This document shows positions 1-15,000 of a stretch of 64,000 nucleotides of DNA, one piece after another. A program made the position numbers and the translations under genes. Numbering within the stretch: position 1 is the first letter of the stretch; the number at the start of each line of letters is the position of its first letter. The notes beneath the pieces were generated by a model. It did no database searches. It was given only the letters and a program-made list of their open reading frames with translations, and had not been told where the DNA came from. The DNA comes from Cytophagaceae bacterium (GTDB lineage Bacteria; Bacteroidota; Bacteroidia; Cytophagales; UBA9547), in the NCBI GenBank assembly GCA_027488865.1, contig JAIYAU010000058.1:2724-66723 (forward strand), in the 5' to 3' direction.

Positions 1-3000
1 CAAAATTAAACTTACCAAATAAAACTGAACGTGTACCTTCTTCTGGTTTAACCCACAGGGCATAGGTGAATGATTGTGTACTAGGCCATGAAATATCCTG
101 TTTAGTATCTATAAACCCATCTGTGCCATTAAATTGATAAGCTCCATTTGGTGTTCCTTTTCTATCAAATGTGGAAGTAACTCCCCCAGTAATTACACCA
201 TCAATATTGGTAATTAGGTCTTTGGAATCGCCATCAAATGGATAATAAGCTACTAGCCCATTATTCAAACTAGAACTTGGCAACACCACAATACTATCAG
301 ATACCGCACCTTTTTGACCAGCATTATCTATTGCGTACACCTTATATACTTGGGTAGTACAAGCTGGAAGAATAGTATAAGCAGAATTAGGTAAAATTGT
401 ACCGACAGAATCGTACGTAGCACCTGATTTTTTCAAAATAGTATAGGAGGCCACATCCGTTGCAATGTTTGGATCCCAAGTAATGGCAGAACCAGTGGTT
501 GCAAGTCCTGTTGGTTTAAATGGATGTAATGCTTTGGAATTAACCGCAACGGCAGAACCTACTATCGATCCATTGTTTCCATTACAAGTGGCATCATAAG
601 CAACGTTGCCAGAAGGCTCATCTAAGTGATAAAGCAAAACTAACCCAGCTTCACTACCAGTTAGTGGTACATCTTTATTTTGGTTTATCTCTACAGGACT
701 CCTCTCTGTGTTCCAGATTCTAACTTCATCTATTTCACCATCAAACAAAAATCCAAATCCGCCGCCCACGTTAAGATAATTGTTGGTTGGATTTATCCTT
801 ACTGGATTATTACCAACAGGAATTGACTTTACTTCTTGGCCATCCAAATAGTGCTTATAAGTTCCACCTGCTTTGTACGTAATTGCTAGGTGATGCCATT
901 GATTCAACTTATAAAACGTTTCTCCAGCAAATTGGTGAGGAGTACCATCACTTTCCCAAATCTCATTGTATATAGAGCCATCTGAATTGGTGCCCAACAC
1001 AAAATAGAAATTAGAGGATGGAATTCGCACATCACTTAAAGAAACTATTTTCTGATTTGCTAACGTCCCTGTTTTAAACCAAGCCTCTACTGTAAGCTCA
1101 TTGGTTATACCATTTTGTGCAAATTTATCATTGTATATATATTGTCCATTCAACCTAACCGCTTTTCCACTCTCAACAACTGGTACTACGGCTACTGCTT
1201 TTGACATTATACCTCCATCTGCAGAAACCCTAAAATAATAAGTGCTGTTGTTAGTTAATCCTGTGATGGTAATGTTTGGTGCTGCAATATCTATTGCTTG
1301 AGGTGTCGTACTGTTACTATCAATATCATAAACCACGGTATACTTTGTTACCCCCGAAATCGCTGGCCAGGTTAAAGTAACCGAACCATTTCCGGCAGTA
1401 GCACAAGGCTTTTGTGGTTGTAAACCAGTAGCTTGTACTGCAAAACGATAAATAGGGTTATTACAGTCATTACTTACAATTGATAGAGTATCCAACTGTA
1501 GCCCAATCGTGTCTCCTTTAAAGGTAACAATGAGATCAATAGAATCATTAGCTGCTACAGGGCCTGGAGGTGCAAAAGAGGCCGTAAAATGTTTGGAATT
1601 TGTTTGAATTATAGTGTTTACAACCAATGGAGCAGCTCCTTTATTGGTTATTTTGAATATTCTTGAAGCAGGACTATAAACGGCTCCAAAATCTGTAGAA
1701 TCATTGCCATTAGCAACCAAATCATTGGCCAATACCACAGTCTGGTTACCTCTTAGTTCTAAACTTGGTAATGGCAATATTGGGCTTAACGAGTCTATTT
1801 TAACCGCCCCAGGGGCAATCCAGTTTGAACTATTGCCATTTAGGCTAAAACCAACCAATGTTCCATCAATTCCATTGACCACGGAATCTACAAGCGTTGT
1901 GATAGTACCATTGGCACCTCCAGCCATACCTTGATTAAATGAATATTGAGCTGTAAGTCCAGTTTTATCCCTCAATCTTTCTGCACCCATGTTATTTTGT
2001 AATTCTGCTTGGCACAGGGCACGGTTCCAGATGCGGAATTCATCAAGTTTACCATTGAATGGACCCCTCTTAAGACCACATCTATCTTCTATACCAATAA
2101 ACCTGTTTGAACTTGCAGGAATAGTCACTCCTATTTTTCTTATTATGGTACTTTGCAATATTCCATTTACGTACATTTTAAAATCTAGTCCGTCATAAGT
2201 TACAGCTACGTGTGTCCAAGTGTTTAAGACTGGCGGCAGGTCTGAAGACAAATTTATTCCTGAACCTTGCACAGCTGAAAAATTGATTCTATCTGCTAAT
2301 CCAATAAAATCTCCCGCACAGGTAAGTTCTGTACCGATATAAGTAGTCCAAGCAGCACACCCTCCATTACAGCCATTGTTATAAGTAAGAATTTGACTTC
2401 CTAAAACCCGGGGGTTAATCCACATCTCCACACTAAAGTTAGCCTCTAAATTCCAAGCTGGTGAACCATTTGGTATAATTATATTATCATCCACCCCATC
2501 AAAATCCAAGGCAGCGCCTTTTTGAACAAACGCTGGCATGAACTCAGCCCTTGCCGTTTGTGATGGTATACCTATGGTATCTGCTATGGTGTTGGCCAAT
2601 GAAGCACCGCTCAAAGAGGTCCAAACTAAGCCTGTATTATCAGGTCTGGTACCCATAGAAGCCGAGGATTCATAAGGTCTGCCATTAATCTTAGTGTTAG
2701 TTGCATACTCGTAGGTGGCATTATAATTGGCAACATTTACAGGGAAAACACCAAAGTATTCTTTAGTTTGAAGGCTGTCAATACCTAAACCTTTTGCCAA
2801 AACATTTGGTGCTTCGTTTACTTTGTAGACTTGAACACCATTTTGTGCAGAAGATAGGTTAAAGCCTTTTACCGTAAATTTACTACCATCTGTAAGCGTA
2901 ACAGAACTACCTGCATTGTAGATGGATGTAGAAACATCTCCTAGAGCCGCGCCAGAAGTAACCCATGTTGGAGAATTGATTAAATAAGCATTATTGATAT

Positions 3001-6000
3001 TAATGGCTGAGTTTTCAGTTCCATAACCAATACCTTCATCAAATCTAAAGTTTAGCAACAAATTTGGCTCATTTCCTTTAAGCTTTTGACACATGTACTG
3101 TTGTATCTCAGCAGTGGTAAGTGCTTTGCTCCATATGGTCGGCTCATCCATTAATCCTTTATAAGGTACATTGCCCACAGAACTACTTCTACCGATTCTA
3201 TTGGAGGTTCTTTTTACATTGGCTAAAGCACCAGTAAGTTCCGCAGATTCTACGCGAACCCCATTAACATAGATAGAAAACGCTGAATTAGCAGGATCAT
3301 ATACGGCAGCGTAATGATTCCAAGAACCATTCTTAATAGAAACAGGTGCTACTAATGTGGCATATCCATTAATATCATTTCCAAGTTGAAAAATAAGGTC
3401 ATCGCTTAAACCATTTCTACCAAAAAAAACCAAATCACTTGATGGAAGATTACCCATATCGAAAAATCTAGCATAATCGCTCATAGTAGGATTTGCCCAA
3501 AGGCTCAATGTAAAGCCATTTGGAAAATTACCATCAAAAGCATCAAATTTAACATAGTCATCTACACCATCAAATTGTAAAGCTGTACCAGAACCAGGCT
3601 TTTTGAAAGTTGATACAATCAATTTTGAATATTCTCCAGAAGAGCCATATTGTGTTTGACCTTTAACACGGTAGAAATAAGTTCTATTCGGTGTAAGGTT
3701 ATTATCTACAAACGTACTTGATAGTTGGCTTGTCACTACAGAATAATTAGTAGTATCACCTACCGAACGTTCTAAAATGTAGTTTGTTATAGACTCCGTA
3801 CCACAATAGTTCCACTCTAAAGAAGCTTGGGTAATGGTGTGAGGAGCAGCAAGTTTTAGGTTATAAGATGCCTGTGCTGGAATTATGGTAGGAGCACCAG
3901 AATTAGGATTGTAATAGGCTTTATTGTCGGTTGTGGCACATAAACCGTTTAAAGCAATGTTTCCATTGAACGTGTTGGTACCCGTTGTAACTAAAGTAGC
4001 ACCCGCGTGTACAAAAACCGCAGAACCTTTGCCTTCCCCATTATTGGCGTTGTTGCCCCCGACTCCCCCCGCTGCATAGTTATCTACAAAATTAACACCA
4101 TCAATAGTTACATTTCCTTCATAAACAAACAAGGCACCACCTAAACCTGCTCCACCGCCTCCACCGTTAGAATTACTACCACCACAACTATTGCCGCCAT
4201 TTCCACCAAACTGGCCACTTAGCCCAGGAACTGATGGGCAATTCGCATTACCATCTGTTCTAATACCATAACCGCCTCCACCAGCAAAAAGGCCACCATC
4301 ACCTCCCTTTGTGTTACCACTCGAAATAGGATTACCTGCGCCTCCACCTCCAGAAAACAATCCTCCATTTTCACCCGGATTCCCAGGATCCACTGAGTTG
4401 CTACCGTTACCAGGTGTACCTGCAATAATTGAAAGACTACCTAATCCTCCATTACCGCCAGCCCCTCCGACCGTCCAAATGCTTGTGTTGCCTCCATTAC
4501 CACCAATGGCTTTGTTCTTATTGAAATTGACATTTTTTAAATTTACGATACTAGATGTACCTATCACTGATAAACCACCACCTAAACCAGCTCCACCACC
4601 ACCACCTGCTCCAGTTTGAATAGAATTTCCACCATCCCCACCTTTTGCCAAACCATCTGCTATGGTTAAATTACTGATATTCACTTTTGCATTATTTACT
4701 ACCAATACTGAATATAAATTATTTCCACTTACAATGGCTCCGTTGCCTACAATAGCCATTGATTTGGTAATAGCTGGCAGTGAACTGGCCAAAGTAATTG
4801 TACCAGCCGTTGTAATGTTGATTACAGAAGAATCACAAGCCAAATTGGCATTAATGATGGCTTGACGAAGTGACCCTGCTCCCGCATCCGCTAAGGTGGT
4901 AACATTAATCGTATTAATACCTGCAACCAATGGTGCACATTTACTGCCAGAAACAATTGGACTACCAGCTACAAAATTGGAGGTAGCACTTAACAAATCA
5001 AATCCGTTGAGTGTGCCATCATTGGTCCCTACAGAATCTTTTAATACAGATAGACCAACGTTATTTGCCCCTGCTATCCCTTGATTAAAATCATATCGTG
5101 CTAATAAACCAGTTTGATTGCCTGGCTTCTCACAGTTTCTGTTGTTATCGATTTCTGACGCACAAAGTGCACGATTCCAAAAGCGGAATTCATCCATTTG
5201 GCCTTTAAATCTAGATAATGGATTAACTCCTACACAAACGCTGGTACCTATTTCAAAATTATAATTATTGTTTATATTGGCAATAGCTAAATCCGAGGTT
5301 TGAAAAATCCCATCTACATACATAGACACTATTCCACCACTTCTCGTAACAGCCAAATGATGCCAAACATTATTATTAATCGTTGCAGTAGTAGATATTT
5401 CTTTGGTATTATTACCTAAACCATCTTCAATCACTGCAAACCTTGCTGTCCCTCCTTCAATGGTCATTTGGATTAAGTTATCATTATTACATATACTTCT
5501 TTTAGATAACAGGTACATATCATTACTATTCGTTTTTATCTTCATTTCAATAGTAAAATCGCCGGTGCCGACGTTTCCTAATGTTTTGTTGATAATAACT
5601 ACATCATCTACCCCATCAAAATCCAGAGCTGCACCCAAAGCATTTCCCTTAATTAAGAATTTAAACACTGGAATAGCACAATCATTAGAAGCAATTTTTA
5701 AAGTATCGGAAGCACTTCCAGTGGCAGGATTGAACCTTACCACCACTTTGGCTGAATCGTTTACAGCGATGCTGGTAGGGCTACTTAATAAACTAAATGA
5801 AGTGCCTAGGCTAAAACTGGTGTTTGTAATATTTAGTACAGAATTGCCTTTATTATAAATTTTAAATGAGGCATTTAATAAATTGCCAGATACTCCTATA
5901 TCGGTAGAATCACTAAGTGCCGGTGAAAAGTCTGCATTGGCAATCACACTTCTATTGCCTCTTAACTGAATGACAGGTTGGGTAAATATTGGTGCCAATG

Positions 6001-9000
6001 AATCAGATTTTACGGCACCTGGGTATACCCAATTTGAAGTAGCTCCATTTAAGTTAAATCCAAATAAAGTTGCATCATTGGTACTAACAGAATCTTTCAA
6101 CAAAACAGATCCTGAATTATCTACTCCGGCTACTCCTTGGTTAAAGCTGTAATGTGACAATAAGCCTGTGGCACTAGCAGGCAGTTTGGTGGCTCCAATA
6201 TACCTTTGTATTTCAGCTTGGCATAAGGCTCTATTCCATACACGAACCTCATCCATTTGGCCTTTGAAAAATCCAACTTCTACACCGTTTGCATATCTGA
6301 AGCCTATTAATAAACCAAAATTTCTGGTAACATTGGCAACAGTTGTATTTATTACACTTTTCACCAAGTTGCCATCAATAATCAAATCTGTCTTTAAACC
6401 ATCTCGGGAAATGGCGACATGATGCCAATTACCATCATTATAAGTAGTTGAAGTAATACCATTTTTATAACTTCCTCCATCAATTTCCAAAACAATAGTA
6501 CCACTGTTTATTTGAACATTGAAAAAATTGCCATTACTAGCATCATACCTATTAGAAAAAATTACTTGATCTTTTGTATCAGAAGTTTTAAACCAAGCTT
6601 CTACCGTGAATGGATTTGTTCCAAAATCGACCAGATTTAAATTATTACTAATAATTTTATCGTTAACCCCATCAAAATCCAGAGCAGCACCCAAAGCACT
6701 ACCTTTCACTAAAAACTTAAACACTGGAATAGCACAATCGTTGGAAGCAATTTTTAAGGTATCGGAAGCACTTCCTGTGGCAGGATTAAACCTTACTACC
6801 ACTTTGGCTGAATCATTTGCAGCAATGTTGGCAGGGCTACTTAAGACCGCAAATGAAGTTCCGAGACTAAAGCTGGTGTTTGTAATATTTAGTACAGAAT
6901 TGCCTTTATTATAAATAGTAAAGCTTCGTTTTATCAACCCGCCACTTAAACCAAAATCGGTAGAATCTAATATTGAAGGTGTAAAATCTCTATGAGAAAT
7001 TATTGTTTTGTTTCCTCTTACTTGAATTAGTGGTTTTAAAATTACAGGAGCCAAAGAATCGGACTTTACAGCACCCGGAGCAATAAAGTTAGACGTGGTT
7101 CCTGACAAAGCAAGCCCGGAAATGGTACCATCATTAGTTCCTAAAGAGTCCTTTACTGCGGTAATTGTGGTATTGATACCATTGGCAATGCCTTGATTAA
7201 AACTGTACTGAGCCAAAAGGCCTACCTTACTAGAAGCAGGTAATTTAGTTGCACCTATATTATTCAATATTTCTGTTTGACATAATGCTCGATTCCAAAT
7301 GCGAACTTCGTCCATACTTCCTTTAAAAATATTGGAAGCAGAGGTACAGTAGGTTTGAACATCGTTCGGGTAATTACCCAAAGAGACATCTTTAGTAGAA
7401 GTAGTGGGAGAAGGCGAACCTGTCCATGCCTGACTTATTTTTAAGACTCCATCAATATATAATCTACCTCCAGAATTATCAACTACCAAGGCAGCATGAT
7501 GCCAAGCGCCATCGTTTGTAGTGCCGCCTGTAGTTTTAAAAGATAAGTAGTTGTTTACATCTGCATAATAAAAGCCTGCTATATCTCCGTTGACTCTAAA
7601 TAAACTCCAGCCGTTGTTGTCATTAGAACCATATTTATTCACCAAACCATAGTAGCAGCCACCATTGTCATTCGGGGCTTTGAACCAAGTTTCTACTGTA
7701 AGCGGGAAAGCGTTTAATTCTGTTTTGTGAGGTATACTCACAACATCATTCACCCCATCAAAATCCAGAGCAGCTCCCAAAGCATTACCCTTAACTAAGA
7801 ATTTAAACACTGGAATAGCACAATCGTTTGAAGCTATTTTTAAAGTATCAGTAGCACTACCTGTGGCAGGATTAAACCTTACCACCACTTTGGCAGAATC
7901 ATTTGCAGCAATGCTAGCAGGGCTACTTAAGACCGCAAATGAAGTACCAAGGCTAAAGCTGGTGTTTGTAATATTTAGTATAGAATTGCCTTTATTATAA
8001 ATAGTAAAGCTTCGTTTTATCAACCCACCACTTAAACCAAAATCGGTAGAATCTATAATAGTAGGTGTAAAATCCTTGTTAGCGATAAGTATTTTATTAC
8101 CTCTTACCTGAATTATTGGTTGGCTTAAAATAGGAGCTAAAGAATCAGATTTAACTGCACCTGGAGCAATCCAGTTTGAAGTATTGCCAAACAAATTAAA
8201 GCCTGATACATTGCCATCATTTGTACCTACAGAATCCTTCAAGACAGTAAGACCAGCATTAATACTGCCAGCTATTCCTTGATTGAAGCTATAATGAGTT
8301 ACCAACCCATTTTTATTTCTCAATCTAGTAGCGCCAATATTATTTTGTATTTCTACTTGGCAAATTGCACGATTCCAAATGCGTACCTCGTCTAATGAAG
8401 TCGGAACATTTTCTACGCCCAATCCTCCATAGATTTGGTGTACCTTTCCTAACACCCAAATATTACCTAAACCTGACCAAATTGTTGACCTTGGTCCATT
8501 GGTAGTTACCGCTTGTTCAACACCATTAACATAAATCGATATTGACCCATCGTTTCTATATAAATATGCCAAATGTGTCCATACATTAGGACTTACCGTT
8601 TGTAGAGTGGTATTAACTGTGTAAATATCGGCACAGGTAGCATCTACATACATAAGTGGCCTACCCGCAACGACACTAAAGCCTGTTTGATTTCCACCGC
8701 AACCATTTGTTCGAAAACTAGCAATTGAGGCATTGCCCGCCAAATCTGTTTTCACCCAAGCTTCAAAAGTGAAATTGTCCGTGCCACTAAAATTTAAGCC
8801 ACTGCTTGGAGGTAAATTAACAACATCATTCACCCCATCAAAATCCAAGGCTGCGCCTGGCTGTACAAAAGCTGCCAAAAACTCTGCTCGTGCTGTTTGG
8901 CTTGGTATGCCCATGGTGTCAGCAAGAGGTTTGGCTAGTGTTGCACCACCTAGACTATTCCATATAGTAGCTGCATTATCTACCCTACTGGCCATGGAGG

Positions 9001-12000
9001 CACTACCTTCATAAGACCTTCCGTTAATTTTTGTATTGACATTATAATCATAAGTAGCTTTGTAGTTGGTAATATTCACTGGAAATACACCAAAATAACG
9101 ACTGGTTTGAAGACTATCCATGCCAGCACCTCTTAATATAGAATTTGGAGCTTCATTTACTTTATAGACTTGAATACCTTGTTCAGCAGCTAAACTAAAT
9201 CCTTTGGCTGTAAAGTTATCCCCATCTAAAAGAGTTACCGAAGATCCAGTATTATATAAGCTGGTAGAAACATCCCCAAGTGGTGCACCAGAGATTGCCC
9301 AAGTAGGCGAACCAACCAAAACTCCATCGGTTGTACTTCTTTTGGCTTTGTTTTCTGTGATAGCACCAGTGTTTTCGTCAAAACGATCATAATAAACTAG
9401 CCCAAGTTCATCACCTTTAAGTTTTTTACACATAATCGCCTGAATTTCAGCTTCTGTTAGTGCCCTATTCCAGATGGTGGCCTCATCAATGCCAGCTTGT
9501 AAGTAAGGATCTGGACCACTGCTTTTACCTATGTAACAATTATTTCTTAGCACATTAATCGGCATGGCAGAAATAACTGTAGAATTACGTAATATCCCGT
9601 TTCTATAAATTTTTACTGTCCTTGAAGGGTCTATAGTAAGGACAATTTGTTGCCACTCATTAAGCACCAAGGAATTAGCACCTGCTGGCATTTGACCACT
9701 TAACACTCCACCATTGTACATATAAAAGCCAACCGTCGGCGCACCTGCATTTCTAAACAGCATTATATTATCTTGTGATGCCCCATTTCCTAAGTCAAAT
9801 AAACGAGCAAAAGTGGCATTATTAGTCGGTTTAATCCAAATCGACATAGTTAATCCATTTGTAAAATCAGCATAACCAGGTCCTAAGTCTACGTAATCAT
9901 TTACCCCATCAAGTGTAATAGAATTCCCACTACCCGGAGGCAAAATGGTGGAAGTCATTTTTGTATTAGAAACAGGCGAATAACTAGTTCCGTCAAATGC
10001 ACGAACACGGTAGTAGTAAATTGTATTAGCAGTTAAACCTGTGACCACGTCAAAAGTATCGGTAATTCCAGTTTTAGGATAACCAGTAGGTTGGGTTAAG
10101 AAGGTAGGGCTTGTGGAAACAGATAATTCGTAGGAGGTTGCACCTGGGTACTTTTTCCACATTCCTAGAAAACTTGATTTGGTAACATTTGTAGCGGCAG
10201 TTGCTACTGGTGGTAGTGCCGCAAAGAGCATTACGCTTAGCTTGGAATTTCCAGTAATAAAATCTGTTTTGCCATCCCCATTAAAATCACCTATGGCCAT
10301 ACTACTTGGGGCATTTACAACCCCAAAATTTAATGGCTTGGCGAAGTTACCGGGACCGTCACCCAACATAATGCCAGCTACATTTCCAGTGTAATTACCA
10401 AATCCAAGATCAAGCTTACCGTCTCCATTAAAGTCGCCATATTTGAGTGCATTTGGATAAATTTGACCTCCTACATACATACTATCAGCAGAAATAGGAT
10501 TTGGGAAATTACCAGTTCCATCTCCTTTTAATTTTACAATGTTATTGGTATTGACGGCAGCGGTAATAATATCTTGGTCACCATCAGCATCAATATCAGC
10601 AGCAATGGTGGAAAATGGATCGCTTCCAAAAGGGAGAAGACTCTTAATGATAAGATTTGTAAATATAGACGTTCCATTTCCACTAAATAGCCTCACGGTA
10701 CTAGTAACATTATTGGAGGAAGCCACATCTGGATAACCATCCCCATTAAAATCACCTACAGCCAAATTGATTGGGCTGGAAATAAGCGCATTGGTGCTAG
10801 CTGTACCTAAAGCTCCTGTACCATCTCCAAATAAAATACTAATATTATTACTACCCATTCCTTGGTTGGCAGTAACCACATCCCACAAACCATCTTTATT
10901 TATATCAGCAACCTTAACATCACGTGGCAAAATTGCCCCAACAGAATAGTTCCCTTTTAACGTAAAATTATTGGTACCATTCCAAAGCCAAATATCTATG
11001 CCATTATTTGTGGCTTCTCTTGCAATGGCCAAATCTTGAAAGCCATCTCCGTTAAAATCTGCTATCGCCAAAGATCTTGTTGTGTTACCAACGGTCACAT
11101 AAGTTGGACCAACAAATGTACCATCTCCATTCCCTATATAAAATCCTACCCTGTTATTGGCCCCATCGGCATAAGCAAAATCAGTTTTACCATCATTGTT
11201 AAAATCGGCAGTTTCTATTTGGTATGCCTGTAAACCAGTCCCAATATCCGTTCTGTTATAATTTGGGGTCAATGTTGGCGTATTTGTCACCGTAAAAACC
11301 CTTGTTCCTGTACCTAAAATGCTTTCATTTGAGCTTACTTGTAAGCCATTGGCATTGTTTCGTACTATAATTGGTGCTAGGGAAGAAGCGCCTTGAGGTA
11401 CATTTACAGTAATACTAGTGCCTGCTGGATTCGCAGTGCCTACTACTTTTACGGCACCAAAATAAACATCATTAGGGCCAGAAGGGTTAAAGTTTAATCC
11501 ATTTATGGTAATTGGAGTTCCTACAATACCACTAGTTGGAGTAAATGAGGTAATGATGGGAGGCACTTGAACTACTTTCGCTGCTGAAAGCTCCGAAGAA
11601 TTTCCTAATGCATCAGTAACCGCTGCAACGATGGTATTGCCAGCAACAATTTTGCTCAAAGGAGTTAAATTAAAATCAATATAACTAAGTGCTGACGTAC
11701 CGATATAGTTAACCGTACCCAGATAGTTTTTAGAATTACCAGTTGCATCAGATTGGTATAAATCAATAGTAAGTGGATAAGCCGCATTTGATGTTCTCGT
11801 CCTCACTCTTACTTTACCACTTAGGTCACCATTAGGCATTCCTAATATGGTTGTAAACTCAGGACTATTTTGCAAATTATTAGGTCCTGCATCATTGTCC
11901 TCTGACCCTGCGATAACGTCATTTGCCGTTGTGGCATTGGGATTAAGATCAATGGTCATTACTGCATGTCCATAACTTCTATTGCCTCTAAAACTATTGT

Positions 12001-15000
12001 TTATAGCTCCTGGATAAACGTATAAGGCCCTTACGCCAGCTGTTGTGATATTTGCTTCGCGAGTAGAAATGCCGCCAAATAGAGTATTGTTACCACCAAT
12101 AAGTGCGGAAGAAAAGGTATTGCCCAAAACTGTAGCACTATCTTTTTGAGTACCAAAATAATTATTATAAACTCTGGTACCATTCCCATTGATGAACATT
12201 CCTTCTTCATTACCGGAAATGAGATTTCTGCTAGACAATGAAGTATCTCCAATCTGGTTATTATTAGATCCTGCATCAATGGTTATTCCTCTTACGTTAG
12301 AATTAATACCAGGCACTGTTGTGGCAAGCGTGTTAGTACCTACAAAACAACCAAGGACCTTATGCTGTCCTGTTCCACCAAGTTTTATATTAGAAATAGA
12401 ACCCGCAGATGTATAAAACGCCAATCCTTTAATAATAGACCCCGCTGATGCGATGGTAATCACATCCCCTCCTGATCTTGTAAGATTTACCCGAAGCTCT
12501 GCATTTGTACCCTTTGAGATGGTATTAGTACTACTACCATATGCCGAATAGCCATCAATTATAACTGGGTTGATTGCTGTAATGGTTGGATTTGCGCCTC
12601 CATTAATTGTAGAAACTGCAGTAAGATTAGCCTGTTGAATACTAAAATCTATATAATCAGTATCAGCATCGGTGTTGGCATCATTAACAGCTTGGCGAAG
12701 GGAACCTAAGCCAGCAGTTCCTACGTCTGTATTGTCGGTTACTCGTAGTGCTCTTAAAGGGGTATGAACAAAAGTAGCGGAATTGCCATTTCCCGAAATA
12801 TCAGTGGCTACATTTCCGTTAAGTTCTTCAAAATTCCAATACCCAACTGCTCCGTTGGGCAGAGTAGAACCCATATCTAACTGTATCTGAGCTGATGTCC
12901 GAGCAGTATTAAAAATTCTCACTTCATCTAGCTGCCCCGGAAAACCATTGGTTTCTCCAAATCCATTGCCAATTACTAAGCTACCTGTTGGAGGAACTGG
13001 ACTTGAATTTTGAGGCCAACTTGGCACATAAGGGGTTATTACACCATTTATGTATAAATCCCAATTGCCATTTTTAACAATGGCTATATGTGTCCATTTA
13101 TTTAATTCAATCGGTGCTGTAAAATTTACACCCCCAAGACCTGCAATAAAAATCGAAGCATTCCCTGTAGGGTCAATGTAAATACCATAACCATTTGCCG
13201 AACTATTTCCATTGTAAGCTACAAATGCTAATCCCGTTGGTAATTTGGCCAATTTAACCCAAGCTTCAAGGGTAACATTATCTATAGCGTTAGAAACTGC
13301 TGTTGCAGTTACTAAATTACTTCCAGCAGTAGGATTTCCTTCTAAATAAATACCGCGGTTGCCTAATGGTTGGGTAGGTAAAACTAAAGGAATAATAGCC
13401 CGCGCTGCACTAAACTCAGAAGTATTCTTTGAAGCATCCATAGCAATGGCGGTAATACTATCGCCTAAGTTAAACGTGCCTGGCAAAGACCAAGTAGTAC
13501 CTGTTGAAAATACCCTTCCTAGAAATGTTTTTCCTTGTGCTTTTGTATTGGCAGGATAAGGGATAGTATTGGCGAATACCTCCAAGGAGTCACCTGCTGT
13601 GCAAGTACCCGATACTAAGGAAGGTGTAGCAGAGGTGACAATTGGCTTACTTTTGTTAGCATTAGCGCCAGAGGTGAGTGAAATTCCTCCGTTGTTGTCA
13701 TAAATTGAATTTCGTACAATACGATTTCCATTGGTACTGGATCCATCCAATAAAATAGCTAGTGTGGTACTATTTGCAAATATATTTGCATCAGATGCAT
13801 TAATCCCTCCAAAAGTATTATTTGATGAGCCACTAAGCACTTGCACTTCGCGCAGATTGCCCAATGCTGTAACACCATCTGGTTGTAAGCCAATCAAATT
13901 TCCAATTATCTTATTGTTGTTACTATTGGTAGTAAATCTGATAGGAATAATCCCTCCCGAGATTACATTTCCTTGAATTAAACCATTAGAGGCAGTCTCA
14001 AACCAAATTCCTCTTCCGCCATTTGGTCCATTAGCAGCTATACCATTTAATAAAGCAGAAGTACCATTTGGATTGGTGCCTATATAGTTATTAACCACTG
14101 AATTGTTGGTGCCACTTACTACTACCCCATTAAATTGCGCATTGGATATCACATTACGAGAAGCAGGTGTACTTCCTCCAACCAAAATTTGACTCGAATT
14201 TATATTGATATTGTTATAATTGGATGCAGGTGTGCCTGAAGCAGCTATTCCAAACCAACATCCTTGAACTGTAATATTTGATGAAGCAGTATTAATACCT
14301 AACGCATGCTCCCCAGCAACTCCAGACTTATTTATTAGAGATAGCCCTTGTACGATTGAGTTACTTATACCCTTAAGTTCGAGACCGGTGTTCAATCCTA
14401 AACCTGCGAAATCAAGTTGAATGCGAAGGTTAGCATTATTTCCAACGTTCAGTGTGTTACTTGATGATCCAAAGGCAGAATATCCATCGATGAATACAGG
14501 GTTGATGACGGAAAGAATGGCACTATTAATGTTGATATTTTGCACACCACCAATACCTGCTACTGTTTGCTGAATACTAAAATCAATATAATCTTGATCC
14601 GCATCAGTATTGGCATCATTGATAGCTTGTCGGAGTGAACCAAGACCAGCAGTACCCAAATCCGTATTATCGGTGACGCGCAGTGCTCTAAGTATCCCAT
14701 TGGATAAGGTGGCATCAAAGCCTATAGGTTGGCTTGTTGTAGTTAAACCATTACTTTCTTCAAAGTTCCAATACGCCACTGCCCCATTTGGCAGAGTAGA
14801 ACCCATATCTAACTGTATTTGGGCTGAGTTTCTGGCAGCACTAAAAATTCGTATTTCATCTAGTTGCCCTGAGAAATGCCCTCCGCCCCAGCCTCCAGCT
14901 GCTGTACCGAAAGTCCAAGGAGATGAAGAGACTGTAGCGGATAATTGTGAATTAATGACTCCCGTAAGAGTCACAGTTTGTTCGACACCATTCACAAAGA

